64,000 nucleotides of DNA, taken from NCBI GenBank assembly GCA_964199315.1, contig OZ116711.1:22506001-22570000 (forward strand). Direction: 5' to 3'. The notes beneath the pieces are model-generated. The model was given only the letters and a program-made list of their open reading frames with translations, made no database searches and was not told where the DNA came from. This document shows positions 26,001 to 38,372 of the stretch, one piece after another. The translations under genes were made by a program, and so were the position numbers. The stretch's first letter is position 1. Each line of letters opens with the position of its first letter. This DNA is from Orbicella franksi (lineage: Eukaryota).

Positions 26001-26307
26001 TCATTTCTTTGGCTATACAAAGATCTTTGGTGTGGTTATTTACGGCTTGTTTAAAATTACCCATTCGGTATAAGGCGTGCCCCAGACCTCCATAAATTCT
26101 GCCTTCCCAAGACCTGTCTCCAATCTCTTTGACAACGCTTAAACCCTTGAGGAAGTACTCAAGAGACTTTTTGAAATCTTTAATCCTGTAAAATGCTTCA
26201 CCCAGATGGCAATAGACCTGTCCCTCACCAACCTTATCACCCAATTCCTTGGCAATGCTAAGGTTTCTTAAATGGTTCGCTATCTCGTCTGGGGTTTTAT
26301 CCACCAT
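23083..26307 (-). CDS. TPR-repeat + CHAT (caspase-like, clan CD) protein, TTC28-like architecture; 1074-aa ORF in one large exon
   Basis: 15 tandem 40-aa TPR units (consensus [40 protein letters not shown]), the [13 protein letters not shown] linker, and a CHAT domain with [16 protein letters not shown] (His928, 23524-23526), [10 protein letters not shown] (Cys976, 23380-23382), [17 protein letters not shown] and WGPFVLIG. Confidence 0.95.
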   Translation of the reverse strand: MVDKTPDEIANHLRNLSIAKELGDKVGEGQVYCHLGEAFYRIKDFKKSLEYFLKGLSVVKEIGDRSWEGRIYGGLGHALYRMGNFKQAVNNHTKDLCIAKEMKDRAAEGRAYGNLGNAHDKLNNFDQAIESHKLALSIAQEVGDKSEEGNAYGNLGVVYNRLGNLKQAIEYHMKHLSFAKELEDRVGERKAYGNLENGYRGLGNFEKASEYYIKRIKISKEMGDDSRVGDGAWGGNSNEDLVLGVAFYKEGDFKQAIEHLTKHLCVVKQLGDRPREGDTCGILGNVYHKLGNFKQAIAYQDQALSIAKAMGDKTKESTAYSGLGNAYHSLGSFQQAIEYHSKDLRISKDVGDRGGEGTAYGNLGIAYYCLGDFKQAAEYHKQQLSIAKEVGDRAREGFAFGNLGNAYERLGFYKQAIECHNQCLNIAKELGDRAREGGAYGNLSICYHSLGDSKQAMEYAEKHLRIAEVMGDNNGKKNAEANLGNAYYQLGDFKQAIKHYKQTLSLAKELGDKAGEGTAYGSIGNAYEGLRNFKQAIEYLMKHVSIAKELGDRAGEGRTYCNLGNAYHNLGNLEKAIEYHSLDLAIAKELGDKAGEGIACYSLGLDFDKKGSFSEAKAYYQSSIRLFNDRRALLESEDDWKIHFRHRYRDAYTALWRTLLKNGETDKALCAAEQGRAQALTDALKEQYGIDAPISFSPKETISSVLHESSTQTVFIALDQNTINYWFTRKGTELRFKQTVIEDGSASQLMETFLKEIGAGVDVRCENRSLDVLLHEPTSTRVPVFADQTQSATTSLNSLRSLFHVIIGPVADMLRDDQLIVVPDGAFCLAPYSALTESVRITTVPSLTALKLIRESPNDFHSNTGALLVGDPSVDQIPMKLTQLPYARMEVEMIAKLLNTTPLTGRDATKSEVLERITSVALVHIAAHGCPKTGEIALAPNVERASQIPEKEDFILTMADVQAARLKARLVVLSCCHSGRGEVKSEGVVGIARAFLCAGARSVLVSLWAIDDEATLLFMESFYKQLAYGKRASLALYQAMKSLRETQQFSAVKYWGPFVLIGDDVTLECGEKKW

Positions 26308-26513
26308 CTCCGCGGAACTTTAAAATGATGTCAAATGTACCTCGTTACTCCAAGCTAAGTACTTGCCTAAAGGAAAAGAAAGTTTGAGAATCTCAGTCAT
26401 CTAATCACATTTAGGTTTATTCGCATTCTCTATAAGGCCGGTTCGTTTTCTCGAACTATAAAATAGTTTTATCACTAATTACTGTTTTCAGTCAAGATCA
26501 ATGTGTTACTTAC

Positions 26514-26533
26514 CCTTCGCTGAATGATGACAT
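26514..26533 (-). CDS. Probable small upstream coding exon portion of the TPR-CHAT gene (MSSFSEG)
   Basis: ATG at 26533, GG|GTAAGT donor at 26514/26513, and a TTTAAAG acceptor at 26318/26317 splice in frame to give MSSFSEGSAE-MVDK. A second GTAAGT donor at 27231/27230 suggests a further 5' UTR exon. Confidence 0.55.
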
Positions 26534-27623
26534 TAATTCTTTCTCTATTGAAAAGACCGTCAAGACAATGACGGAGGTAAAAGACCATGTGTAATTAAGA
26601 TCGCCAGCTCTTAAACCAGCGTGGGAAGGGTTGGACAGCCCGTTGATTTGTGTGATTGTTTTCAACGAAAATTCGTCGTAGCTCTCATTGTACACTGACT
26701 ACCGGGCTTGTTACACGATTAGTTATGGATAGATTGAAAGCTCAGACCAGTGCGTCTGAGTGAATTGGTGTCTCCAGACGCGGCAAAAACCAAATCCAGT
26801 AGAGGAGGGGTGGGGAGGGGGATAGGGTTATCCTTTTGAAAAAGTCATTATGGTACTCATCTGAGACTTTCTAAGGGGTCCATTCAATGAATTGATGTCA
26901 GTAAGAGTTTATTAAAAGAGACTTTGTCCCACATTAACAAGTGGGTGAAAAAGCGCGCCAAGGCTTTTAATTCCACTTTTTTGGAATAAACGCGTTGGTA
27001 ATGGTAATGGTAATTTATTTATATACCGCACATATCACATAGTTCCAGCGAACTGTGGTTTATTATCAATGTGTTGAATATAAAGGCAATTATCCCACTT
27101 TATTTTGAGGAATGTCGCGTGCATGATTTTCGCCACCTCGGCGACTAAGAATCAGGCGATATTGAGCGCGATTTTACGGATAACTGTTACCAACATAACG
27201 GTCGGAGTACTGGCACTGAAAATTACTTACTTTCGCTGACCACGTCCCAAACTTGTATTTGACTTTTTAGGTAAACGCTGTAGAGATGATGAAGCCCCGC
27301 ATGAAAATAAATGGTGGGTGAGTGACTTGCTGAGGAAACCAACAAAGAAGAAGAATGTCATGCTATCTAGTGGTATTAATGCAGGGTAACGGTTCTGGCT
27401 AAATGTTAGAGCCTTTAACAAATGGAGTTACAGAAACGGGAGAGTTGTATCAGAAATGTGCCCTACACGTCCTCATATATCCGCCAGAAAATTATCCTTC
27501 ACACATTTAATAACAGACAGATCATAAGACGCCTTGCAAGTTATACAGCGCTGCAATTCGATATTTCAAAGGTTTTGTTTTGATGGATAAGATGTTTTGC
27601 TCTCCTAAGTTTAAATTCTTTTA

Positions 27624-28174
27624 CCCTGCTAGCAAAGGTTTCTTTCTGGCAAGGCTTTTAGCATGTACGAAGTCGTTCGCGTCTCTTCTATTTCGCGTAG
27701 TCGGCTTGTTTACTTCTCTGAGAGAAACCTCTGCCACGAGCCGCTTACATTTCTCGTTGAGCATGCGCTAGATCGTAACCAAGTTACTGTAGAGATTATG
27801 ACGTAAATCTCTCCTGACACGATGCCGCAACCGTTTTTTCGTGTACAAAGTACACCATTCAAAACAGAATATAACGTTTTCGAATGATAAGGAGTTAGAG
27901 ACTCGATCGTACAATTCTCAAGAGCTCTTAAAGCCTTCTGGACTGCTTCGTTGAGACATAAACGAGAAAGACCTTTGGCAGCCACCTTTCGACTTCACGC
28001 AGGCTCATTTTTGCACAGCAAATCAGTAAAAATAGATGCGCATGAGTTGACAAACTCGTTTGAACCGTTTTTAACCTGTTTATCACGTGATCTACGACTA
28101 CGCGAAATGCAAGGGACGCGAACGACTTTGTACATGCTAAACGACTTGCCAGAAAGAAACCTCTGCTAGCAGGG
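27624..28174. mobile_element. Non-autonomous DNA element with ~85-bp TIRs, TA-flanked
   Basis: ta|ccctgctagcaaaggtttctttctggcaag...cgcgtagtcg versus cgactacgcgaaat...gccagaaagaaacctctgctagcaggg|ta. Confidence 0.8.
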
Positions 28175-28839
28175 TAAAATTCTCTCGGAAACCAGTCAAG
28201 GACATCAATTGCTCGGTCAAACAAAATTTAGAGAGGTTGGATACGTTTGACCAACGAAATAGATGTAGATTTTGAGTTCATAGTACTTACATCTTGACAA
28301 CCATCAAACGCAGGTCTGTCCATTTGGTTCAGACATTGTCTCGAGGGAGTACTGAAAATACCTAGAAGGTATATAAAATGAAATTAGGTTTTTCTTCATT
28401 TTATGCACCTTTGGCGGAGATCACGAGGAAACTATTTTTTCTGTTAATGACAAAATATAAGTAACATGGAAATTAACAAACTTGATGACATTATCATCGT
28501 TTTTGTTATCCTAGACAATAACCCAGAAAAATACTTGTTATACAATGGTTGGCGTAAATCTCGCGTTTTGATTGGTTTAGAGGAATTTGCGATTAAAGTA
28601 CAGACGCACGGATGATGTTATAAGCCGAAAATTTTTTTCAAAAAAGCAATGTATAAGAGAAAGATATTCCATTTGGCCGTGCATGTGTAATCTGATAACA
28701 CACGGATGACGTCAAAACGTGGTAAGAACAAAGACGTAAGCTACGTGCTACGGGTGAGTAGTGTTACTGATTATTTGTGAAATTATCTCATTACCATTTT
28801 ACCACTCATCAAAGCTCTGAAGAAATCAAATGATTCTTA

Positions 28840-29244
28840 TGCCCAATTCAGACTCTTGCTTCTGCCGTACCGAACTAAATTCAGGAATTAAGATCAACAA
28901 ACGCACAGCAGAAGCACGGCGTCTGAACCAAACTTTTGAATTAAGATCGGCAAGCAATTAAGTTTGACAAGCTCTGCCGTGCTACACGACTCTTGCACGA
29001 CAGGGATTCAAACGTCGTGCTTCTGTCGCGCCAAACTAAATTCATAAATTATGTTAATGTGTCTTGGCCAGATTGCGTTCCCTCGGGGAGTTAGGAGGAA
29101 AATTGTTACGAGGCTTCAGTAAACCCTGAATTTGATTCGAATCTGGCACGACGTCTGAATCAGAGTTGATTTCTTGCCGTGCTACAGTTGAACCAAATTG
29201 CAATTTAGTTCGGCACGGCAGAAGCACGACGTCTGAACTGGGCC
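28840..29244. mobile_element. PIF/Harbinger-type MITE with internal gcagaagcacgacgtctgaa repeats
   Basis: TTA on both flanks. ~45-bp TIR (t/g)gccca(a/g)ttcagac...cttctgccgt.ccgaactaaatt. Confidence 0.8.
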
Positions 29245-31459
29245 TTAGAGCATTGTCGGTTGCACTGTCTGATACTCATAAGAGCGTATCAACTGGTGGA
29301 ATGTGAGCGGTCTTCTCAGAAACTAATGCATTTTATGAGCTACTTTCGCAATCGGCATTTAGCTATCAAATTAACCCCTTATTTCAAATACATCACCAGG
29401 CGGGTTTTTTGTCAAGCTGATAGAGGGGTTTGGAAAACTCTAACCTTGGCTGGGTTGGCACTAAGACTATTGAAAATGAAACACTTAGTATTAAAACAAC
29501 AGAGCGTTACAAAGATGGGAAATAGTAAGTAAAAAATCTATTTTCTGAGACATAACACAACAACATGGCAAAACCGATGATTCTGGAAATGCCTCTGAAG
29601 ATAGATTCTAAGAAAACAAAAGGTTGTTACAAAAACGTCTGACTCAATATCTGTATGTAATTTGCTGCCCTTTTGAATTTTAATTTAAACTTGTCTCACT
29701 CTCTATTGTCTGAATTTCATCGTCGAACGTCGCTGCTTTAGAAATTGTTCCATTCCCATCCTAGCTAGCAATGACTAAAACAAATAGACTTAGGTTTTCC
29801 ACCAGTTCTTTAACATCAATCGCAAAGTAATCCTTGTCTTAACATTCGATCAAGTATATGCTGATTTTAATCAAGACCGTTCCAGTGTGCGCACTTCGGT
29901 GCTTTTGCTTGCTTTCGTTTCCACTTCCAAAGAAATGACTGGTTAGATCTTATGATCGTGTCGCTAGGACAACAAGGCTTTTATTTAATATGAAATGTAG
30001 AGTTAATGTATTAAAATTGGCCGAAACGTTCTTATTTGGAGTCAGATCAGGCAAGCTCACAGAAACACCCTCCAGATAAGATCTAGAAATTTCGCGACAA
30101 ACAGTTTTGCATGCAGTGGAAACTCGATTAAAAAATCCCAAACGTGTTTTCCAAAGCCTTACTTTTACAGCCGATGATTATAATGTAATATTATAAAGTA
30201 CAAGGAGGAAAGATGGATTAATTAAGTGATGTTGGTGGACTTAAATGACAGATTCAGAGATGTCTGCATAAAGTTAGAAACAGCAGACAGTTGTTATCAT
30301 GCATGATCATGGTTCGAAATTATCGAATTTGCATCTAACTACTATACTATCAGGGAACGACAGTGCGTTAACCGCACTTTAATGCCTTCAGTGCATCACT
30401 TACCCCTTACTCCTTCTCCTTGAGGCAAAACAGTGGTCTGTAGAAGTAAGAACTCGAACCTAAGACAAACAGGGAAATTGTTTCTTAGAGAAGCGTAATT
30501 CAGTACGCCACAATAACGTGGCAGTAGTCATGCATCGTGCATGGATGATTGTAGCGGAAGTTATTAACATAGGATTTAATATTTATATGAACGTCATAAA
30601 AGAAACTGCCAGAGGTTAGCCCTACGTAGGATTGACTCCCTTAAAAATAAATCCTTGAAAAATACAAGAAGAAGAAGGAGGAGGAGAACGAGGATGAGGA
30701 GGAGGAGAAGAAAAACAGTAATAGCTAAAGGTCATGGTAATTGTGACGGTAACGGCAACAATTAAACATCCATACATCCTTCACTATCTTGTGGTCAGGT
30801 AAGGTGCGTCTAAAATGGAGACTGTTTCTTGTTTTTTTGTTTCTAAAAATACCTTGATAAACACAAAGTTGACTATATAAAAGGGTCAAAGCTCTTCTCT
30901 CTTTCGACAATACCTCATTTGCCTTTTGTTTGCACGAGGAACGGAGTTCGAACTGACGCGCAGAGCGTTGCACTTCTTCATAAGTTAAGCTTGTGTGAAC
31001 AAACAGTGCTACAATAGCCAAACAATTTAATTTGTGAATTAAAATGAAAGTTTGTTTGAAAACTTTGAGTTTTCATTTCACGGGTTTGTCTGGGTCAGCG
31101 CCAACAGGTACTGCATACTAAATGCGCATCTTAGTTGGGTGTTCTAATTTCTTGTTGTTTTCAATCTTTTTTGTCGCAAACGTAAATAATCTTGAAACTT
31201 GTTGCATTCATTTTAACCTACTCGTGGCTTAGACAATCACGAAAGAAAAAAAATCTACAATTTAACCACCATTAATTTTATGCTTTTCTCTTCGTCATTG
31301 TTAATTAGCAACTGAGACCATTTCAACTCGGAAAATTGGCAAATTGCGAATTTCAGAGCTGTAGGAGTGAGGCTGATTTAACTTTTTCCATCCTTCGCCC
31401 CTTCGATTCCTGTCAGCCATTTTGTACATCCGCTGATCAGTGCATAACGCTTGGTACTA

Positions 31460-31738
31460 TATACAGCCGTTTCGAGAAAGGTTGTCGGAAAATAGCACAA
31501 AAGTGCACGCGACAGTCATGTAAGGTATTATGGGTAGTTTTAAGTTCCCAGTTTCCTGACTTCGGCATTTTAGAGAAATCTGTGCGGACGAGGCATCGTG
31601 GATTTGATGTATTCACATATCTATTTATTTATTTGACTTATTAATATTTATTGATCACCCGATACCCAGATTACCTTTCTGGATTGTCGCGTGCACTTTT
31701 GTGCTTTTTCCGACAACCTTTTTCGAAACAGCTATATA
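31460..31738. mobile_element. MITE with ~55-bp TIRs
   Basis: cagccgtttcgagaaaggttgtcggaaaatagcacaaaagtgcacgcgaca versus tgtcgcgtgcacttttgtgctttttccgacaacctttttcgaaacagc, with TA-rich flanks. Confidence 0.75.
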
Positions 31739-32455
31739 TCGCTCATGTAATAGACTAGAATTCCACCCATCAAACGCGTATACTTTACAACCAAACTTAA
31801 CGGCCAAATGAAAAAGCAAATTTCATCAAGATACTACAAAAGACTAAGAAAAGATATACAGAACAGGAGGAAGTTGCATAGGGTCATAATAATGACGGGA
31901 GAGTAAAACGCGCCAATTTGAAAGGATTCTTGCAACTGTCCCACTGTCTTCCATTGTAGCTTTCCCTGACCATGACAAGATCGTTTCCCCCTCCCTTTAC
32001 CCTGGCCGCTGGAAACCCAGAGAAAACCTCTCAGGCAAGGCTCTAGGGTCCCTCAGGGCTTCTTGAAGTTTTACAAAAATGCAAGACAAACAACGCTTAT
32101 TAATATAATCTACATTATTTCAATGGCCGTATACCACGTTTTGAACGAATTAAAACTGACAATGCTAATGTAATTTAAATATGACCAAATATGGATTTGT
32201 AATATTTCAAACCCTTCCCCCGTTCGTTTCCTAGTCTTATGCTATTTTACAGAATACATCTGTTAACCCCATCGACGAACCAGTACAATAGGAGAATACA
32301 GTCGCAAATATCTAAACTAATTTATTAAGCGTTTTCCCACTTATTTCTCAGCTGGCTTGGTTTTCTTTGCTCTTTTCGGGGGAATATATTGCCTACCCCT
32401 GGCAATTATGAAACGACTGAAAATTCGGTGTGGCTTTAATTTACCTGTCTATTAA

Positions 32456-32851
32456 GGGCGTGTTCTTATGAGAGGACGTGCTGGCCGGTTACCGAGATCT
32501 TGGTGACCGGGATGAAAATTTTCCCATATGAAAACTACAGCCTGGGTGACCGAGACGAAACTTTTTTGACAAAATAGCTTAGCTTTCACAACATAGCGGC
32601 CAAAATGGCATAATGTTTGCCGTGTATGTATTTCCACTTCAGAAGCATGCGAATTAACCTTATTAGTAAAGCTACAAGAGTCCACAAAGCTACGACAGTC
32701 GCGAAAGATACAAATTTATGTTTCACCATTTTGGCTTTGTTTCTCGAATTTCATCTCGGCCGACCGGGCCGAAATTTCCCATATGAACAGACCAAAAAAT
32801 TCGTCCCGGTAACCGAGCCAGCCCGGTTACCTGGCTCACATGAAGAGGCCC
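32456..32851. mobile_element. PIF/Harbinger-type MITE
   Basis: TAA|GGGC...GCCC|TTA termini and internal ccggttaccgag repeats. Confidence 0.7.
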
Positions 32852-33101
32852 TTAGAAATTAACAGTTTCACTCAGACTGTTAATAGACCTCTTGACAATC
32901 TTCACATAAAAAAATTGCAAAAGTGATGATAAACTTCAGTTAAAGCCAACTTAGCTTGTCATTCTCGACTCTCTCGGTGAGAGTTTTCGAAGCATTTTCA
33001 TCGAGGTCAATAAAATCAAAGGGGAAAGTTGAGAGAATTTCGAACATAAGATTAAAACAAGACTAAGCAATAGCTGTTATTACACTTATCAACGGTTTGA
33101 T

Positions 33102-33161
33102 ATACAAACGAGGCGAAAGGGTCAATTTTGCTTTGTATCGACCCTTTCGCCTCGTTTGTAT
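33102..33161. other. Perfect 22-bp stem / 16-nt loop hairpin
   Basis: atacaaacgaggcgaaagggtc (33102-33123) is the exact reverse complement of 33140-33161. Confidence 0.9.
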
Positions 33162-34007
33162 GCGTTTTTAAACAGGGCTCAACTGTAATAACAGCTCTTA
33201 AAAATTTGGGAATTGTAGTTCTGCGGGACAGGGTGCGGGATTGGGGACGAGCCATGTAATGAAATTTCATAAGCCAATGGTCAAGCCTTATTGAGACGAA
33301 TTACCAGAGACTCTCTTAGGAGCGGATCATATAGTTCTCGGAAAGCGATTTAACTATTATAGAAAATGATTTTGAGGGTCAACTTAAGCGATTACACTGT
33401 GTAAAAAGATGACTCAAGGCAACTCAGTTGTCTTAGCTGCAACTCGTAGACTACATGTATTGATCGATATTAAGGTATAAATTCGGTTTCTGTTCGGCAA
33501 ATCCTCTTTGCTTTTGAAAGTTGTTTTCTGGTGAAAGTAACCAAATTTATGAGAAGACTGACAGGACCTGACAGTATCATATGAAAATGTAAAACGATTT
33601 TTATATAAATTCTCGCTGCTGCAAAGAATATTCTAGGCGGACAGCGCGTCCACTCGCATTATAAGGTCAAAAGAGGGCAACACATGTTCCCATAATCTGG
33701 AAGATTTGGGCCAATCAATGTGATATGCTTTATTTAGGGTTCCAATCTCCGAATGTTACGAAACACAGGTCATAAATTTATAAATAGCGTGACTTATTCA
33801 ATAGAGCGTAAATAAAAAGTCGTGACTTCCGCCATCCATGCGACATGAGAACAATAGTTACAGGATTATCATTGCGAAGTAATTGCTTCGTTAAGCGTTA
33901 ACAGTTTGCGAGTGGACCAATTTAAATAAGGTAATCGTTCCGTGTCAAACAGAGAAACAGTTAAGGTTCGCTGATTAGCATTGACGGACCACGCAAAGCT
34001 TGTTAAA

Positions 34008-34655
34008 ATGAACGAAAGCAGTCCTCAGGTAAGGCGACAAAGTCAGGCACGCCGCTACAGCCGAACTCTGTCGGATGAAAGCGGACAAGGGAGAAACGAA
34101 AATCTGCGTCGAGTGTCAGTGGACAGTTCCCAAAGCAGACAACGTCGTCTTTCGGTGGAGAGTGTGAGGAGCGAGCGCAAATACTCCCAAGATGGTGCCT
34201 CACGAAACATTTCTGTCCCTGGCGCAAGACGAATTTCAGGCGCGTCGTATTTCAGCAGTTGGAAGAAGCCGGCAGAAACAACCGTGAAAGATGACAAAAA
34301 ACGATGCTTCGAGAATACATACCGTATGGAGCCAAAAATTCGTTTTCCTGAAGGAAAGGTCCGAGCAGTGATCAAAGAGGCTTTGGAGACGTTAGCTTCA
34401 CACACGTATAGCGCTAATCACTCTCCGTTTGTTGCCAAATTGCTGAGCGCTCGCGTGTTGGAAAACGTTAAACAGCTAAATATTGAGCGATACAAAGTGG
34501 TTTGCCTGGTTACTATAGGATCCAAGGAGAGGCAAGGACTGAGGATAGCGAGTCGCTGTTTGTGGAATGATCAGTTTGATACGTATGTTACCGCTTGCTT
34601 TGAAGAAGAACACTTCTTTGCTGTAGGAACTGTATATGGCGTTTATTACGAGTAA
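34008..34655 (+). CDS. Intronless Tctex-1-domain dynein light-chain protein (TCTEX1D/Tctex2 family), 215 aa from the first ATG
   Basis: C-terminal ENTYRMEP...RYKVVCLVTIG...QGLRIASRCLWNDQFD...FAVGTVYGVYYE is the Tctex-1 signature. The ORF-track start at 33981 is TTG; the first ATG is at 34008. The N-tail contains RRQS, RRYS, RRVS, RRLS, RRIS and RKYS. Confidence 0.92.
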   Translation: MNESSPQVRRQSQARRYSRTLSDESGQGRNENLRRVSVDSSQSRQRRLSVESVRSERKYSQDGASRNISVPGARRISGASYFSSWKKPAETTVKDDKKRCFENTYRMEPKIRFPEGKVRAVIKEALETLASHTYSANHSPFVAKLLSARVLENVKQLNIERYKVVCLVTIGSKERQGLRIASRCLWNDQFDTYVTACFEEEHFFAVGTVYGVYYE

Positions 34656-36558
34656 CAAAAGAGCCATGGTTTGGAGATAAACACCCTGGAAAAACACCCG
34701 GTGTTTTGCAATCGGTGCTGTACTATCTGTTATCAGGAAATTCAACACTGTTATCTGATGAGTTGTTTTGAGAATTCGTCTTCTTTCACTACAACGATTG
34801 ACCTCAAACACAAACATCGATCTATTGTAAACTTCTCATTGCACTTTCATCCACTTTTTCCCACAAATGAATCATACGGAGTCGAGAGAATCTACCGTTC
34901 CATCCGTCACCTTGGGAACCAGCAAAACAGTTCAAAGTGAAGTAACTCGATCTTGGTAAGAAGATTGTGAAATTCAACCTTAACCTGACATTTTTTTAAA
35001 ATGCTTTTATTATTCGCTTGCTTATGGTTTTTATATTGCTAGCCATGTGTTATTAAAGCGAGAATAAACATCTTTAGCTTGTATAGTTACAGGAAGATAA
35101 TTGTTCGACAATGGCCGCTCACAGCAGGGCGAAGTCTGTGATAATTACTGTATAATCACTGTGCGGGCGTTCAAAAGAATTATTAAACAAGGTTACGGGT
35201 TTTATCCACGTCGGCAACTTAACACCTTTGTCGATACGTTGTTATTGATCACGAACGTATTAAAAGACAATATTATTTCTAATCTGTAAACAAACATGTG
35301 TTAAGCCTGGCGTTGTCAGGGTCAGTTCATTTCGATGAGTTGAACAATTACATCGAAGTGTGATAATATTAGCGTGAGAGAAATACTCAGAAATATTTTT
35401 TTCGTAGTCAAAGTTATTTGTTAACGATTGCTTGTTAGCCTATGCTCTCTTTTTGGGAGTGTTAGTGTGCAATAAAAAACAAAAAACAAAAACAAAAAAC
35501 TGGTACAGTGGACAAGGTAATCATCAAAATGTTTCAATTCAATTTAAGCCAAAAGCCTAAAGGCTAACCGGTCGTGTGAATAATGTATGGATGGGCGTAA
35601 TCCCAAAATAAATATTTCACAAGAAATGAATATGTCAGGCAATAACCATTGTTTATTATATGGCTGATGTTTGTAGCTGATATAGTGCGCGCTCTGATTG
35701 GCCACTGGAAAGGCGGGATTTTGCCGTAGTTGCTCACGGGCATCTCGAGTTATTGTTTATGGCCCTACTAAAAAAGGACCAAAAGATAACTGGAAAATGT
35801 TACGGTTTTAACGAAAGTGCACCAGCTGAAAAAAAAAATGAGTGGCAACAAACGCTCTGAGAGTGAATTATTATATTCCACGTTAAAACGAAGTTTAATT
35901 TGTAACATGCGACTTCGACCGATTTGTGGCCCTTAGATTCCACTAGGATAATATTTCATTCTCTCAAAATCAAATCGCAAAATTTCAGTTTTGCCTTCCA
36001 TTTTCAAAATGAACGAATTTTTGGACGGAATATGAAAATCATCTGGTTAAATAATGTTGAGCGCTTGGGACAAAAAAGATGGAACAGATATCCATTGAAA
36101 GCTATTGAAGCGAGAAGAATTTTAAAATTGTGAACCGAACCCGGACGTTTAACCATTCCCGCCTGAATCATCTTTAAGGAAACAATTGCCATTCGATAAA
36201 CTACTTATTAACCTCGAACGTTCAGTCTTTACGGTATTGACCGAACGATGGCGAGGTCAGCACAGCAAGACCGTGGACTACTCTCGGGTAATAGGTCCTT
36301 ATTATCATTATAAATGATATTTAGAACCCCTGGAGCATTTTGCATAAGCTTTTACGATATTGATCGAGACTATGCGCCAGTTAGCAAGTTTAACAAGAAG
36401 TAGCTAATAGGAAATTGACCATTAATCATCGAAACTGAAATCCTGCTGGCAGCGTGTTAGTTAAAGGCCGAGCCATGCGGACTGTACAATTCAACTTAGC
36501 ATATTACAACATTCTTGCGCATTGTTGCATGCCCCACTACGTTATGCCACCCTGATTA

Positions 36559-36862
36559 CCGTAAACTACCTCTAAATCCCCCTCTCCCCGGCTTAAAAAT
36601 CTCCCCGGTTAAAGGTTAACCTTCCCGTAAACCTAAAAATACATCCAATTATAAGCCTTCCCGGTTATGAACCTTTCCTTGTTCCTTGTTTTGAATTCGT
36701 TTTATTATGATGTTAAAACCTATTTCGCTCAACATATGCAGCTATAGTTCGTTTCGAAACGGTTCTTTTACTCCGGTTATAAGCCCCTTCGTCAGTATAA
36801 CACTTATAAGCCCATCCAAAGCCCCTTACGAAGTCGTGTAAGCCCAGGGCGTCAGTTTATGG
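36559..36862. mobile_element. TA-flanked pogo/Tc1-type MITE with ttataagccc repeats
   Basis: TA|CCGTAAAC...GTTTATGG|TA termini. Confidence 0.65.
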
Positions 36863-38372
36863 TATTGCATTAAAAACTGGATAGCACTGCGCAAGATCTG
36901 GTGCAATAATGTTAACCTCTTAAAACTGTTGCACAACAAAATGATCCAGCAACATCTGACGTACTGCAACTGAGAGTGATCAAACGCATGCAACATGTTG
37001 TGCGAATTACAATGTTCCATGAGTTTAAATATAAGTATTTCTTTCTCTTTGGTTTAACTGGCATGCCTGAGAACTAGCTAGGTGTAGCAAAGCGCATTGT
37101 CCACTCTAAACAACAACATTTGAACATTTGAACATTTTTAAGCCGGATCTTAAACCTTTGGATTAGTAGTAAACGCCAACATTATCGTTTAGTTCTATCA
37201 AAGAGTCATGCCTCCCATGTCTTTTTTATTGTCAGCAACAACATGCGTTCGCTCATCGATGGAATGCGTCATCAATCATGACTACGTTAAGGGTTTTTTA
37301 TTATTTTGAGATTACTGCGTCGCTTTTCTGCTGGTCAGTAAAGGACGAACCGTATAAAATTGAAAAACTCAACAATTTCCAATATAACACATTTGCCAGG
37401 AGAGCTATATGTTTAACTCAAATTTTTTCCACTCAGTCGATTTTGCAAGTTTCAATTTATGCAATCCTTAAAAGATTACTGACTAACTGAATCAATCCTC
37501 TTGGCTGAAACACTACAAATTATCAGTTTTCCTGGTTAAATATAACAGCCTGATACATTTGGGTTCTCTTGTGGAAAAAAAAAATTGTCAACTGACAAGC
37601 TGAGAAAGGGACGAGAAGGCATGCTAATAGTTTATACATCTTTAGTCTGGTGTGTCGTCACAGTAAACGACGTCATATTAGTTCCCATAAGGCGCCTAAG
37701 AGAGTAATTGTGAGGCAAGGGGTTAAACTTTTCAAACTCCAGAGATCATTGAATCAAACTTACCGAGCCATGTTAATCTATTCAAAGTCACTCTGTCAAC
37801 AACATTAATAAAATTACTCTGCTCAGATTGTGTTCTGCAAAACGAGACAGGATTACAGTGTACTGTTGACAACAAAACAAAAGACTTCATCCTTTAATGT
37901 AATAAGGTGCTGAACTGGTTTTAATCAAAATGGTGCTAATGTGCTTTACAAATTAATCCTTTATAACAACGTGACAACTTAGCCGTCTTTTATCTTTGAA
38001 ATAATTGTATAAATCTTCTCGTTACTATCAAATGAAAAAGTTCACTTGATTTTCCTAGCTAAAAGTCATTAACTTATGTTTGTTCTAAAAGGTATTTGAG
38101 TCAGATGAGGCAAAAAAACTTACGTTCTAAAAGATACAATTGATTTTATTATGATACTAAGAGCTAATATCATAATGTTTTAGGCGACAATACTGTGTTT
38201 ATCTGACTAGCCGTTAATTATCTCTAACGTCCATGACATGGTATCAGCTGAATACCTTAGTAGCAACAAGGTCACAGTAATTTAGAACATCAAAGTTTAG
38301 GCGAGGTCTTAAGCAAAGGTCTATAGCTAAGTGCATGTACCTGAGGGGCTGCATCACCCATTTCAAATTCAG

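Noticed and set aside
23083-26307. TPR-CHAT as a bacterial Craspase component or contaminant contig
   Set aside because: No Cas7-11 or CRISPR array and no operon structure. It has spliceosomal 5' exons and is embedded among eukaryotic genes and repeats. Ancient horizontal origin is untested.
30725-31021. 98-aa minus-strand ORF
   Set aside because: No true ATG start, no recognisable motif and no convincing splice sites.
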